A program made the translations under genes and the position numbers. The notes beneath the pieces are model-generated. The model had not been told where the DNA came from. It made no database searches and worked only from the letters and a program-made list of their open reading frames with translations. Positions 41,896-54,550 of a stretch of DNA of 64,000 nucleotides are shown piece by piece. This DNA is from Eledone cirrhosa (taxonomy: Eukaryota): NCBI GenBank assembly GCA_964016885.1, contig OZ024740.1, forward strand, positions 81,716,001-81,780,000, given 5' to 3'. Numbering within the stretch: position 1 is the first letter of the stretch; each line of letters starts with the position of its first letter.

Positions 41896-42769
41896 GTGGA
41901 GGGTAGGCGTCCCTCCTGTTACCTCTGTGGCAATAGAGGTCACCTGAGGGCTGCCTGTCCCCAGCTCACACAGAAAAAAACACTGCTACCAACACCAACA
42001 CCACCCCAACTACAACAACAAAAACAACCACAACAACAACAAAAACCAACAACCCCACCACCACCACCACAACAACAACAACAACAAACACGTGAAAAAA
42101 TAACACAGAATACTGTCCCACCCAATCCCTCCCCACCCAAAACAAATACAAAAACACGCACACCGCAAACACTACCAGAAAACATACCCCTCCCACCCAA
42201 CAAGGAAGACGAACCTCTTTCGTCGCAAGACGAAAAAGATCCCTTCCAACAAGTAAAAAGAAAGAAGAGGAGACGCACCACAGACACACATGTTAACTTT
42301 AATCCCCCCCAAGAGAACACAAACTACACACAAACCACCCCTCCCTGTCACACAACACTAACTGCTACACAAAAAAAGACATTACAATACACATACATGA
42401 ACACAGACAACAAAGAATTACGGAAAACAATTTCAGCAAACCCTTCGGTCCAAACCGAAGGGCCAAACTTTATAACTGCTGTGGGACTACCTCATTTGAA
42501 AATGATAAAAGTCCCAATGCACTTGTACAAAACACTGAAAATAAATTTCACGGAGGACGTGGGCCCCCCCTGCGCCAAACCAATCAACCGCGTCCTCCTA
42601 AAAAATTTCACCCCCCCCACCTCACCCAGACACCCACTCAACGACAAACACCCCAACACCACAACACACCGATGCCCCTTCACTTCCACAAACCACAACC
42701 CCACCCAACAACCCATCCCCAACCAGCATGGAAATTGAGCGGCCCGTTTCCCGGGACGCAGAGAGGTAA
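41896..42769 (+). pseudogene. Tx1 ORF1 C-terminal remnant with CCHC zinc knuckle
   Basis: CYLCGNRGHLRAAC, P/Q/T-rich linker, KRKKRRR. A probable frameshift lies in the C-run near 42611, and the native stop is probably TAA at 42767-42769. Confidence 0.75.
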
Positions 42770-42793
42770 GTGCCTTTTCTCTTTACCACCAAC

Positions 42794-45700
42794 ATGGCTG
42801 TGCTAAGAGTAGGGTGTCTAAATGCGCGTGGCCTGGGCTCGTCTTGGAAGCAAGCAATGCTTCTAAATGACCTCAGGTCACAATCTATAAATGTGATGGT
42901 TATCTGCGAGGCCCGGATCAGCAGCATGCGACAGCTAGCCCCCACCTTTGACGACTTTGAGATGCACGCATCTCTCTGTCAGCCCGGAGGTGGGGGTGGG
43001 GTTGTCGTTCTGCTGCAAAAACATATGGGCCTTGCAACACAGATAGTTCACTTGGACCCAGGGGGTCGACTGGTGGTGCTGGACCTTGGCAGTGGTGAAG
43101 GTAGAGCCTTTAGGCTGATAGCCGCATATGCCCCTTTTGGGACAGAGCGGCCCGACTTTTTCCAGCGTCTGGAGTCTTTTCTAGGGACGTCCCGTTCCCT
43201 GCTTTTAGTGGGGGATTGGAATGGTATCCTGGATGCACGTTGGGACTATGCAGGGGCATGTCCCGATAGAGAGGGGTGCAACAGCCTCAAGGGGTTACTC
43301 GGCCGATTTGACCTGGCCGATAGATTTCGACTAGATTTTCCGACGGTGCCAACCTGGTCTTGGTCAAATCGCAGCGGATCATCTAGATCGTACCTAGATA
43401 GATTTTTAGTTAGAAATAAGGACAGGGACTTTTTAAGTTGTCCAGAAATGCTCATGGTTGGCTATTCAGACCACAAGTTGGTGACCTGCATGGTCAACCT
43501 TGATAGAACGCATAGACAGGGCCCCGGTTACTGGAAGCTCAACTTGTCCTTGCCGGCAAGTAGAGCCTACAGGAATCGGATTAGTACGTTAGTTAAGGAA
43601 CGGTTGACTGGAGCGATCGTCAACAGCAGGTGGTGGGTATCTCTAAAGAGAGAGATTAGAGTAGTCTCGATTGAATTTAGTAAGGTTCTAGCTGCGGATA
43701 GGAATAGGAAGGAAAGGGAGCTAATAGATAGAGTAGAAGAGGCAATTAGAAGCGGCGACGTGGCCAGAGTGCTAGCGTCGAGAACGGCTTTGAGCCAGTT
43801 TTTCGACGCGAAGCACGAAGGCTGCGTTGTCCGAAGTAAAATACGTGCTCTAGGGAACGAGGGGGCCAAAGCTGTTAGATGGGCCCGCGTGACAGAGGCC
43901 AACAGTGGAACTAAATCCACCATCCGGTCTTTGCGAGACCTGGATGGACGGGCGATTCTTGAGCCTAAGCAGATGTGTGAGGCCTTTCAAAGGCACTTTG
44001 CCCGACTGTTAGGGAGGGGCGGGGAGCCGGTTGGAAACGTGGACTTCGGTCCATACCTCGACGGCCTGCCGCGCCTCTCGGACAGGGAGGCGAAGTCTTG
44101 CGAGGAGCCGATTTCGGCCGCTGAGATAGAGGACGTGCTGGGCCAATGCGGCAAACGCAAATCCCCGGGTCTCGATGGTCTTCCTTACGAATTATATCTA
44201 GCTATGCCGGACTTGTTCCTCGATCTCCTCGAGGCGGTCTACTGCAACTGGCAACAGAACGGGAGAATTCCCTGTACTGTGACCAAGGGCGTAGTCACGC
44301 TAGTGAGGAAGGACGAGAACAAGGGGGACGAAATAAGTAACTTCAGGCCCATAACTCTGCTAAATACAGAGTTACAGATTTTGGCCAAGGTGCTAGCAAA
44401 GAGGTTGGCGCTTGTCGTGGGCAACCTGGTGGGAGATGCGCAGACATGCGCTATCCCGTCCAGGTCCATCCATGACAACCTCCACCTCATGCGATACATC
44501 ATAGAGAGGGTTGGGAACGAACCCGGCTTTGGTGGGGCTCTGATCAACTTGGATCAATCTAAGGCGTTCGATAGGGTCGACCATGGTTACCTGGATGCGG
44601 TGCTAGCGGCGGCAGGCTTCGGACCCGTTTTCAGGGGCTGGATCACTGCTATGCACAGCAGCCGCATCTGCTCTAGGGTCAAGGTGAACGGCTACCTCTC
44701 GGAGCCGTTCAAAATCGCGCGGTCCATCCGACAAGGGTGCCCTCTCTCCTCCCTTCTGTATGTGTTGACTCTCGAGCCACTACTGCGGAAGTTGGAGTTG
44801 TTGCAGGGCATCCCTTTGGAACCGGGATTGCGGAAAGCGGTGTCAGCCTACGCCGATGATGTGACAGTAATGGTGTCGACGGCCTCCGAAATCGAGGCGG
44901 TCGGCACCTTACTGGAGGAGTACGAAAAGTTCACAGGGGCTAAGCTGAACCGGGACAAGTCGATCGGTTTGCAACTCGGCACGTGGAGGGGCAGACCGAT
45001 GCCCTCCGATGGCGTCGTCGGACGCTGGACGGAGGGCCCGGTGAAGTTGCTCGGGGTCTGGTTCGGACCGGACCTCCAGGTGGAGAAAAACTGGGCGGAG
45101 GTTACGAACAGGGTGTTTGCACTGACCCAGAAGTGGGCCAGTTGCAAACTATCCCTGAAAGGTCGGGCGGAGGTGGCGAACACTTATATAGCGTCCGTCA
45201 TCTACTACCGCCTGACCGTAGTGCCCTGCCCAAGGGAAACCCTCACCAAGATGGAGCGCGCGCTCTTCCAATTCCTTTGGAAGGGGCGGGCTCCTATGGT
45301 GAGGAGATCCATCTGCTGTCAACACCCTTCGAAAGGAGGGCTGGGGATGCCGTGGCTAATGATGCGTAAACACGCATTAAGGCTACGGCACCTCTACGTA
45401 TTCCTCACCGGACAACCGGTGTGGGCCTCGTTTGTGAGACGAACCTTTCCCAGACTCGTCTCACTCACCGAGCTGCAATCCTGGGTCAAGCAGAGACCGA
45501 GAAAACTGGGCGCCTGGCACACTGAGTGTGCCCAGGCGCTCACCGCCCTCTGGCAGGCGGATCCGGTTATCAGTGGAGACTCCACCGCAACATTCTATAG
45601 AGGGCTGGTACGCAGCAGGTGCGACGACGCCCTCGGAGAAGCCCTAGACATGGAGGAGGACGAACTGGCCAGCCTGTTCGGTAGGACATTCAGCCCGGGA

Positions 45701-46231
45701 CCTATGGACAACTTCCAGAAGTCCCTGGCCTGGCAGTGCTACCGAGGGGCTTTACCCGTTCGAGAAAGGCTCTACAGACACGGGCGCCCGGGTAGGGACC
45801 CCGCCAAAAAGATCTGTCCCAGATGCGTGTGCGACGAGGAAACCGTTGCACACGCATTGGTACACTGCTCGGGCGTAGCCGATCTGTGGGGCTATGTCGA
45901 ACAACTGCTGTCAAGGGTGGGACCGATCCGGTTGACCACCGAGTCTATTGTAATGATCAAGCCGCCTCCCCCCTTCAAAGATGAAGCAGAGGCGGTGTTT
46001 CTGTGCGTAATAGCCATGGCGAAAGAGGTTGTATGATGGACGCGTCTGAAAGGACTGAGGTCAGGCACCTTTCTCTCTGGCCAACAACTGGTCCGTTTCT
46101 TCCGATATCATTTCGGAAGAAGGATCAGGATGGAGAGAGAGGTGCTGCACCCCAGTCGTTTTTATGAAAGGTGGGTGAAAGTGGGGAGAATGGCCCGTGT
46201 GAATGGGCCTTCTCTTTACATAAGCCTGTAG
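42794..46231 (+). CDS. Tx1 ORF2: APE endonuclease, reverse transcriptase and C-terminal zinc finger, with one premature stop at 46034-46036
   Basis: Motifs LNARGL, GDWN, YLDRF, SDH, SPGLDG, FRPITLLN, DQSKAFDRV, RQGCPLS, YADD and CPRC...H...C. The frame continues for 65 codons after the TGA and matches the paralogous WWTRLKGL...ARVNGP. Confidence 0.93.
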
Positions 46232-47671
46232 GTGGAAAAGAGGAAGGAACGAGGGAGCACCCCCTCTCTGTGCTCCTGAGGAAAAGGGTTGCACACTTTT
46301 TTCGGGGGTGTGTGCGACCCCCCAAGGCGCCTCCTCTCTATTGAGGATTTTGTTAAAAATTTTATTTTTTGTTATATCTTATTTTATTTTTATATTTTGT
46401 TATTGCCTCCTCCTTATTGAGGACGATTTTTTGTGTAAACTCCCCCCTTTCTACTTGTCCCACTTTTGATGCCCTAGTGGCAAATAAAAGAAACTTATAT
46501 CAATTACTACAACAACATTTTTAGTGCCTACTTCCTTCCTCAAACGGACAATCTCATTTCTACACATTTCTTTTGCAGCAAAAAACAACAGCAGCATTAT
46601 CACTACCAATTACTAAACTGCAACAATATTTACTGCAGCAAAATATACTGAAGCTGAGAACAACACCAATTGCAAAGTGTGCAAACGTTTTGAAGATATG
46701 TTAGCGTAAGATAAATCTTAATTTACTCATGTTAAACCCTTCAGAATATATTAACACCATTGGGATTCGTATAGCTAGATGTAAATCAATAAAATCTCGT
46801 AATGAAATATATTGTGATGTTAACGCTGTGCTGGCAATCCGGTTTCATGAACATAAAATAAGCATTAGATAGAAAAATAGATATAAATTGAAAGCATATA
46901 ATATCGATAAATATGATGATGTATGTAATGAGAATGATGACAATCAAGAGTTTCTACTCTATAATGCTTTTCACATACACTATGCTCTGTGGGAATATTA
47001 TATCTTTATATTACGTCAATAGTACTTTATTTTATCGACAAAAGAATTTGACATTGACGATCTAACGATTCACCCATATGAGGAAGATGGCGACGGTGAT
47101 GCAGATGAGGCTTTTCTGCTGATGGGGATGGTGTCGAATATGGCAATGATATTGTTATTAATTCAAGCTGTTCCTATTGAAGACGATGTTTAATTAATAA
47201 ATGCATCTGAACATTTTTCTGTCAGCTATCACGTAGCAGTCTCCAGAGTGACGATAGAATCTGAAAAGTAGAGTAGAAGGTATTCTTCTTTTAGGGAAGA
47301 AGAAGTAAATTGCGGAGGAATGCGTGATAGTATTAATAGCAGAAGCACGCTTATAAACAGTGTGTGGTATTTATTGTGAGTGGTCAGACATAATTCAATT
47401 AATTAGTATTATAGATGATGGTGTCGATTTTGTTCAATAAGAAACAATACTCATTGCGCAGTTTGTGGAATTCAACATAACAAAACTCTAAAGACGATCA
47501 AGGAATATCACTTATCGAGGTACGTACTTTAATTCAAATTAACATCTATGTGAAATGGACAGGAAATGTGCATATGATATGTTAGCAAATTTGCAATTGA
47601 AATGTTGAGGGTCATCATTATCATTGTGAATTTGATGACAATAATAACATTAAAAAGGAAATAAATAAACA

Positions 47672-47711
<40 letters not shown>

Positions 47712-47746
47712 GTAATAATAATAATAATGATAATGATAATAATAAT
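47672..47746. repeat. (AAT)n microsatellite, left flank of the R4/Dong copy
   Basis: Directly visible. Confidence 0.95.
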
Positions 47747-49724
47747 GTGTCTGAGGAAATCTACCATCACCTCCACACAAACAACTTGTTACCGGACGAA
47801 CAGAAAGGATGCCGAAAGAAGTCACGTGGTACAAAGGACCAGTTGCTTATTGATAAGATGGTAATGGGAATTGCAGGAGGAGACACACTGATCTTGGCAT
47901 GGGATGGATAGACTACAGAAAGGCATTTGACATGGTGCCTCATTCTTGGATCACCAAAAGCCTGGAGATCTTCAGGGTGACAGATAACATCAGACAGTTG
48001 CTGGGCAGGAGTATGGGGTCCTGGGAGACAGAGTTGACATCAACTGGAGTATCCTTGGGAAGCGTGAAGATCAAGAGAGGTATCTTCCAGGGAGATAGCC
48101 TGTCCCCTCTGTTGTTTGTCCTTGCCCTGATGCCTTTGACCATTATGCTGCGAAAAGTGAGAGCGGGATACAAGTTGGGAAAGGGAGAGCTTACCATCAA
48201 TCACCTCCTCTTCATGGACGATCTTAAGCTCTTCGGGAAAAGTGAGAAGGAGTTGGATGTGCTTGTTGACACTGTCCGTATTTTCAGCAGTGATATATGT
48301 ATGCAGTTTGGTATTAGTAAATGTGGAGTCATTGTGATGAGGAGGGGTAGGTTGAGCAGAAGTAACGGGATCCAGATACCAACAGGTGAGATGATAAAGG
48401 AAATTGACTCTGAGGAAGGATACAAGTATTTGGGCGTTCTGGAAGCTGATGGCATAAAGAACAAAAAAATGAAGGAATTGTTAAGAACTGAATACATTCG
48501 GAGAGTAAGGAGCGTATTGAAGTCACATCTGAACAGCAGAAATGCCATAAGCGCAGTAAATTCCCGAGCTGTGTCTATTATTAGGTACAGTGCGGGAATT
48601 CTGAGATGGAATGTTGCTGAACAAAAAGAAATGGATAGGAAGACTAGGAAGCTATTGACTATCTACAACATGTTCCACAAGAGGAGTGATGTCGATAGAC
48701 TCTACCTAAGGAGATCTGAGGGTGGAAGAGGTCTTATCAGCATAGAGGACTGTGTTCAGATGGAGAAAAACAACCTATACAAATACGTGACCTATAGTAA
48801 GGAGCCAATGCTCTGAACTGTACTGAAGGAGGGGACAGTAGGCCAGGGGATGTCCAATGAGGAAATAACATCAAGGAGGAAGAGCAGCCTTAAGGGAAAA
48901 TCCCTTCATAGTACCTTCTTTGAGAAAACTGAATTTAGAGATCCGCAGACATGGAACTGGTTGAGAAGAGGAGACCTCAAAAAGGCTACAGAAGGAATGC
49001 TAATAGCTGCGCAGGAGCAGGCCCTCAAATCGAAGTGGTTGAAGCACCATATTTACAAGGAGGAGGCTAGCCCACTGTGCAGGATCTGTGGAGAGAGAGA
49101 GGAGACTGTGGCTCACATTGTGTCCGAGTGTAAACACCTAGCCCAGACCCACTATAAGGGCTGGAGACACGATGTGATGGGCAGGGTGAACCACTGGCAC
49201 CTGTGCAAAGTAAACAATTTACCACATTCTGAGAAATGGTATGAGCATAGGCCAGAGGCGGTGATGGAGAACAATCAGGTGAAGGTGCTGTGGGATTTTA
49301 GGATACAGACGGACAAAAAACTGGAACACAATAGACCTGACCTGGTGGTTGTGGACAAAGAAAACAGATCGTGTCTGATTGTGGATGTCGCCTGCCCTTT
49401 CGACACGAGAGTGCAAGGGAAGGAGAGGGAGAAAATTAACCGATACCAGGACCTAAAGTGGGAGGTGAAAAGGATTTGGAACTGCCATGAAGTCAAAGTG
49501 ATCCCGATTGTCATAGGCGCACTGGGGACTATCTCCAAAAGTTTCCAGGGATGGTTAAAGAAAATCGGCCCCTTCACGCTTTTTGGAACGCTTCAAAAGG
49601 CATGCTTGCTTGGAACAGCAAGAACCCTCCGATACGTCCTGAATATCTGAGGCTGCAGGTAGTGACTTGATATTCATTCCAATGGACTTTCCAGTTAACC
49701 AACATCAATGACTGAGATTCAAGG
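47746..49724 (+). mobile_element. R4/Dong-clade non-LTR retrotransposon with restriction-like endonuclease, 5'-truncated copy 1
   Basis: RT motifs [19 protein letters not shown] and LFMDD, zinc finger CRIC...H...C, RLE motifs RPDLVVVD...DVACP...KINRY. ORFs 47899-48816 and 48850-49650 are in the same frame, split by one TGA. (AAT)n lies on both sides. Confidence 0.92.
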
Positions 49725-49753
49725 AATAACAACAATAATAATAATAATAATGA

Positions 49754-52700
49754 TTTCTTTATTAACCACAAGGGTTTACATAAAGTAGACATTAAGGACA
49801 GTGCAGGACAATACAGGACGGTACAAATGGGCATTTCTGCGTGTAAAGAAAAAAAACAGAGGATGTAACAAAAATAACAATGAAAAATTCCCCAATAGGG
49901 GGGAGACTTCGGAGGGACATTTATGGAGAAAGCCCATTAAAAGGCCACAGTGACCCTGACCACCAAGGCAAGTGCCCTCTCCCAGTTTTCCACCTTTAAT
50001 TTACAGATACGTACTCAGAGTAGGCCGATTCACTCGGGCCATTCTTGCTTCTCTCACCCTTCTTTCAACAAAATGCTGGGAAGAGAGCACTTCCCTCTCT
50101 ACCCTGATTTTCCTTTTCAAATGAAATTTGAAAAAGTCAATCAGGGCATCACCGAAGAGGTAAGTGCTCGTCTTCAGCCCTTTCAAACGTGTCCACCATA
50201 CTATCTCTTTCGCCATGGCCACCAGACAGATAAAAACTGCCTGCCCTTCCCGGCTAAAGGAAGAAGGCGGGGCAATCCTCACGATGGACTCAGATGATAG
50301 CCGGATCTGTCCTACACGCGACAGCAGGTGTTCGACATTAACCCACGAGTCAGCATCTCGGACATGCTCGGATATGCTCGGCTGACGGCACCTCCATGCC
50401 TGTAGAGTTTATCCCGAACTGGCAAGGCTCCTCGTTAGCACTGTCAGGCCAGAGATTTCTGGAAGTTGTCCATAGGTCCCGGCCCGAAAGTTCTTCCGAA
50501 GAGATTGGCTAGTTGATTTTCGTCGACGCCTAGAATTTCCCCAAGTACGTCGTCGCTCTTCCCCTCCACTAATCCTCTATAGAACGCCGAGGTGGAGTTT
50601 CCACCGATCACATTTCCCGATTGGTCGAGGGCTGTGAGCGCCTGAAGACATTCCAGTCTCCAGGCGCTCCCTCTCGGTCTTCGCTTGACCCAGGATAGCA
50701 GCTCCGTCAAGGAAACGAGCGCTGGGGAAATACGTGTCTAGCGAACGGCGACCACACCTGATCACCGTGGAGGAAGAGGTCGAGATTTCGTAGCCTGAGC
50801 GCGTGCCTGCGCATCATCAGCCACGGCATGCCCAGCCCTCCACGTAGCGGGTGTTGACAACAGATGGACCGCCTGACCATCGGAGAGCGTCCCTTCCAAA
50901 AAAAGCAAAAGAGCAAACGATCCAGCGCAGTCAGGCGGGGCTTAGAACAAGGTACGACGGTCAGGAGGTAGCAGATGACAAACGCGATGTACGCGTTAGC
51001 AACCTCCGCTCGACCTTTCAGGGATAGCTTCCTCTCCGCCCATTTCTGGGTGAGAGAAGCCACCCTGCTCGTCACCTCGTCCTAGTTTTTGTCCGTCTGG
51101 AGGTCCGAACCGAACCAGACCCCTAGCAATTTAACCGGTCCGTCGGTCCAGCGTCCGACGACGCTGTTGGAAGGCATGGACCTGCCTCTCCAGGTGCCGA
51201 GCTGCAGGCCCACTGACTTTTCCTGGTTGATCATTGCTCCTGTTGAACGGTTCCGACAGGTGACCGTTCACTCTCACCACAGAGCAGATGTTGCTGTGCA
51301 TGGCAGCGATCTAGACTGGTAAGGACGCGTTTAGCTTCCAGTAGCCGGGTCCTCGTCTATAAAGCCTATCTAAGTCAACCACACAGATCACGAATTCGTG
51401 GTCCGTGTAGCTGACTATCTTGAATTGTGGACAGCCTATGCTAGACCTATCTATTTCCTTACAAAATACTCTATCTAGGTATGATCTGGATAACCCTATG
51501 CGATTTGTCCAAGTCCACATTGGCACATTCGGGAAATCCAATCGGTACCTGTCAGACATTTCAAAATAACTGAGCAGATTGGTGAGGCTCTTGCACCATC
51601 CAACCCTCCGCTAATCCCACACTGTCCCAGCGTGCATCTAAGATCCCGTTCCAGTCGCCCAGTAACACTAAAGGGCGGGACGGTCCAAGGAAGGTCTCCA
51701 GACGCCGGAAGAAATCAGGCCGCCCTGCTCCTGTCGGGGCCTATCGGCCACTAGCCTGAAAGCTTGCCCGTCTCCGCTGGTCACGTCCAGCACCACCAAC
51801 TTACCTTCTGGGTCCAGGAAGATGGCCCGTATGGCGAGATCCAAACCTCTCCGAAAAAGCACAGCAACTCCTCCCCCCGATCCAGGACGGCTGAGAGATG
51901 GGTACACATTGTAGCCGCCGAAGATGGGTGCGAAGGCCCGTGCTTCGGAGATTCTGGTCTCGCTCATGGCCACTACATCTATGTTTAGTGACCTGAGGTC
52001 GTTGAGCAGGTGACCCTGCTTCCATGACGACCCCAAGCCACGCGCATTTATGCTGCCTATTCTGAGTGAGGTCATGTTTAAAATAGAGTGGAAAAATGGG
52101 AAAGACCACTTACCGTACGTTTCGTAGAGGAGGGATGGTTTTTCCATCCCTTTTCACTTGATCGTCTGGTGAAGGGACCGTTGAATAGTCCTTTCGGCTG
52201 GTCGTCGGCTCTTCTATGAGTATGTTCGAATATACTCTTCGATTGAGGGTCCTTCCTAGGTCTCTGAAATCACCAACTGCGTTGGGGAATTTCGTTTTAA
52301 TGTTTGTGTATTGTTTCTTTGCTATTTTTAGCAGTCTTATGTTAGTTGGCGTCTTGATTGGTGCTGGTATTATGTAGTCGTGTTGTGAAATGTCTGTGTG
52401 TTCAATTATGTAAGTCATTAGTTTCTGGTTGTGTGTATTTATTGCTGTGTATTTGTTTTTCTCGGGGTGGTGTGTAGTTCTGCTATTTTCTTGTCGTTGT
52501 TGCTGGGTGTGTGTGTTTTGTTGTTGTGTTTGCGATGATGGTGCTTGTGGTGGTGGTGTTGAAGGTGTTGTTGTTGTTGGCGGTGGGGTTGGCACCGGTG
52601 GTGATGGTGGTGCTAGTGTGGGTGGTGATGGTGTTGGTGGTGTTGCTGCTGCGAATCTCTTTGCAGTAGCCTTTACCCTTTTTTCACTTCTTTCCTCCCT

Positions 52701-54467
52701 TTTCGAAGGCGACGATGCGCTGCACTGCGTTTGTGCCTTCTTACGACCTTTTTCCATCCCTCTCCCACCTCACACTCCATGTCTGATTCTGTGAGGTCGG
52801 GGAGGGGTACCAGCTCCACTCTTTCACTCGTTGTTGTTGGTAATGTTTGCACTGGAGTCTCTGTTGCAACTGAATTTGGTATTGCTGTTGTTGTTGTTAA
52901 TACTTCCACTGATGCTGCTGTTTTTAATTTCCGTGGCGTGGGTATGGGTGCCACGGACCTATCGTTCCTGGTTGCCGTTTGTCCTGTTGCTGGTAGCCGT
53001 GGAGCCGGTTTCGGAAGGAGGGGGGTTTTCTCCTTTCTCAGGGTCTTCTCGTTGCAGAAGGCCCTGAGGTGAGTCTTCGATCCACAGCGAAAGCATTTCC
53101 GGCGTTTGCCCTCAACACTTATGGGCAATTGAGTGCCGTTATCGAAGTCTATCACATCTGGGATAGCTTCGATGCACTCCTGGTTGGTTTGGATTAACAT
53201 CTCAATGGAGGTGCCGACCCAATCTTCTCTTACTTTTTTCTGTACTTGCAGTACAGTTGTTTTGTCCTCGATTCCAACGAGGACAGAACGGCCAGCCATG
53301 AAGGGGCCATCCCGGGGGGGGGGGGGGGGGGGGGGGGGGCGGTCAGTTTGACCGTCACAATTTTTTGCCCGCAGTAGGAGGGCACCAACACCATTTCCTC
53401 GCTCCTTAGTGTCACTAAGGATTGATCCTTTGCCTCCTGGGGTGTGGCAAAAAGTACGTCTACGGTGGCATATTTCTTGCCTCGGGTGATGTGCGTTTTC
53501 AGCTGCCACACAGACCCCAAGGCTTTTTGTATTTGAGCCTCTGTGGCTCTTTCAACCCTACGGGATTTTGTACTTACTGTACGGTACGTGACCGTACAGT
53601 GCTGTTGGGTTTCGAAAAATGTTTTCGGTGCCTTGCAGATTGCTCGGTGTCCAGTTTTTGTCACCATCTTCTTCGCTTCCTTTAATTCCTCATTTGTTAT
53701 AAGGATGGTTTCCAGGTTCTTTGCGATACCTGCAAACGAGATTGGTTTTTCTTTGCATCTGATGTTGTTGTTGTTGTCGTCAGAGCTGCTGTTACTTTTG
53801 TTGTTGCTGCAGGTACTACGACTACTGCCGGCGCCGCTGTTGCTGTGGTTGTTGTTGTTGCTGCTGCTGTTGCTGTTGTTGTTGCTGCTAATGCTGTTGT
53901 TGTTTATGCTGCTGCTGATGCTGTTGCGGCTGGTACTGTTGTTTTCATTGTCACTGTTGCTGTTGTTATTACGGCTGCTACTGCTATTATTCCTGACGTC
54001 AGAGGAATGAAATGGATTTTCGTATTTCCCGCACACCTGTTTCGTCGTTGTCGTCATCGTCGTGGAGAAATCTTGCACGCTTTGCACGAGATTTTTCTTT
54101 TCTGTCGTCGCTTGCGAAGGAGAAGGGAGGGAGAGAGACACATTTAAAGAAGGGAGGGAGAGAGACAATCTTCTCTCTGCTGTAGTGACGATTGAGGAAG
54201 AAGAAGACGGAATGAGTGGGAGTGACCTATGAAAATTCATTTTCGTAGCCATGTTGTTTTTTTTTTAAAAATAAATATCGGGCACAAAACCCCAATAAGC
54301 AGTTATTTAACCCCGAAGGGTCAAATGACGGGCAGAGAGACCCCTCTCACGACGAGAAGGGTGTTTTTGTCTACAAGTTGGTTAAAGTTTTAAACAATTT
54401 ACAATTGTTATAGCGGTCAAAATTTACAATACCTTACAGAGCCGAGCCTCCGTCTCCCAAAGCATTC
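49754..54467 (-). mobile_element. Tx1-clade LINE, family 2, copy A (both ends present, most of RT deleted)
   Basis: 5' end GAATGCTTTGGGAG at 54467. ORF1 spans 54252-52110 in three frames and includes CFRCGSKTHLRAFC. ORF2 ATG at 52075 starts an APE domain. Deletions near 51310, 51243 and 50350. 3' end TTAATAAAGAAA. (AAT)n on both sides. Confidence 0.92.
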
Positions 54468-54474
54468 AATAATA

Positions 54475-54550
<76 letters not shown>
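54468..54550. repeat. (AAT)n tract between Tx1 copies A and B
   Basis: Directly visible. Confidence 0.97.

Larger units (their letters stand above)
41896..46492 (+). mobile_element. Tx1-clade (L1 group) LINE, family 1, 5'-truncated, with 15-bp TSD
   Basis: TSD ACTTATATCAATTAC at 41881-41895 and 46493-46507. Contains an ORF1 remnant, ORF2, and the 3' end AATAAAAGAA. Confidence 0.95.

Noticed and set aside
46034-48816. Programmed TGA read-through in Tx1 ORF2 and Dong copy 1
   Set aside because: Paralogous copies have sense codons at both sites, so ordinary nonsense mutation is the simpler explanation.
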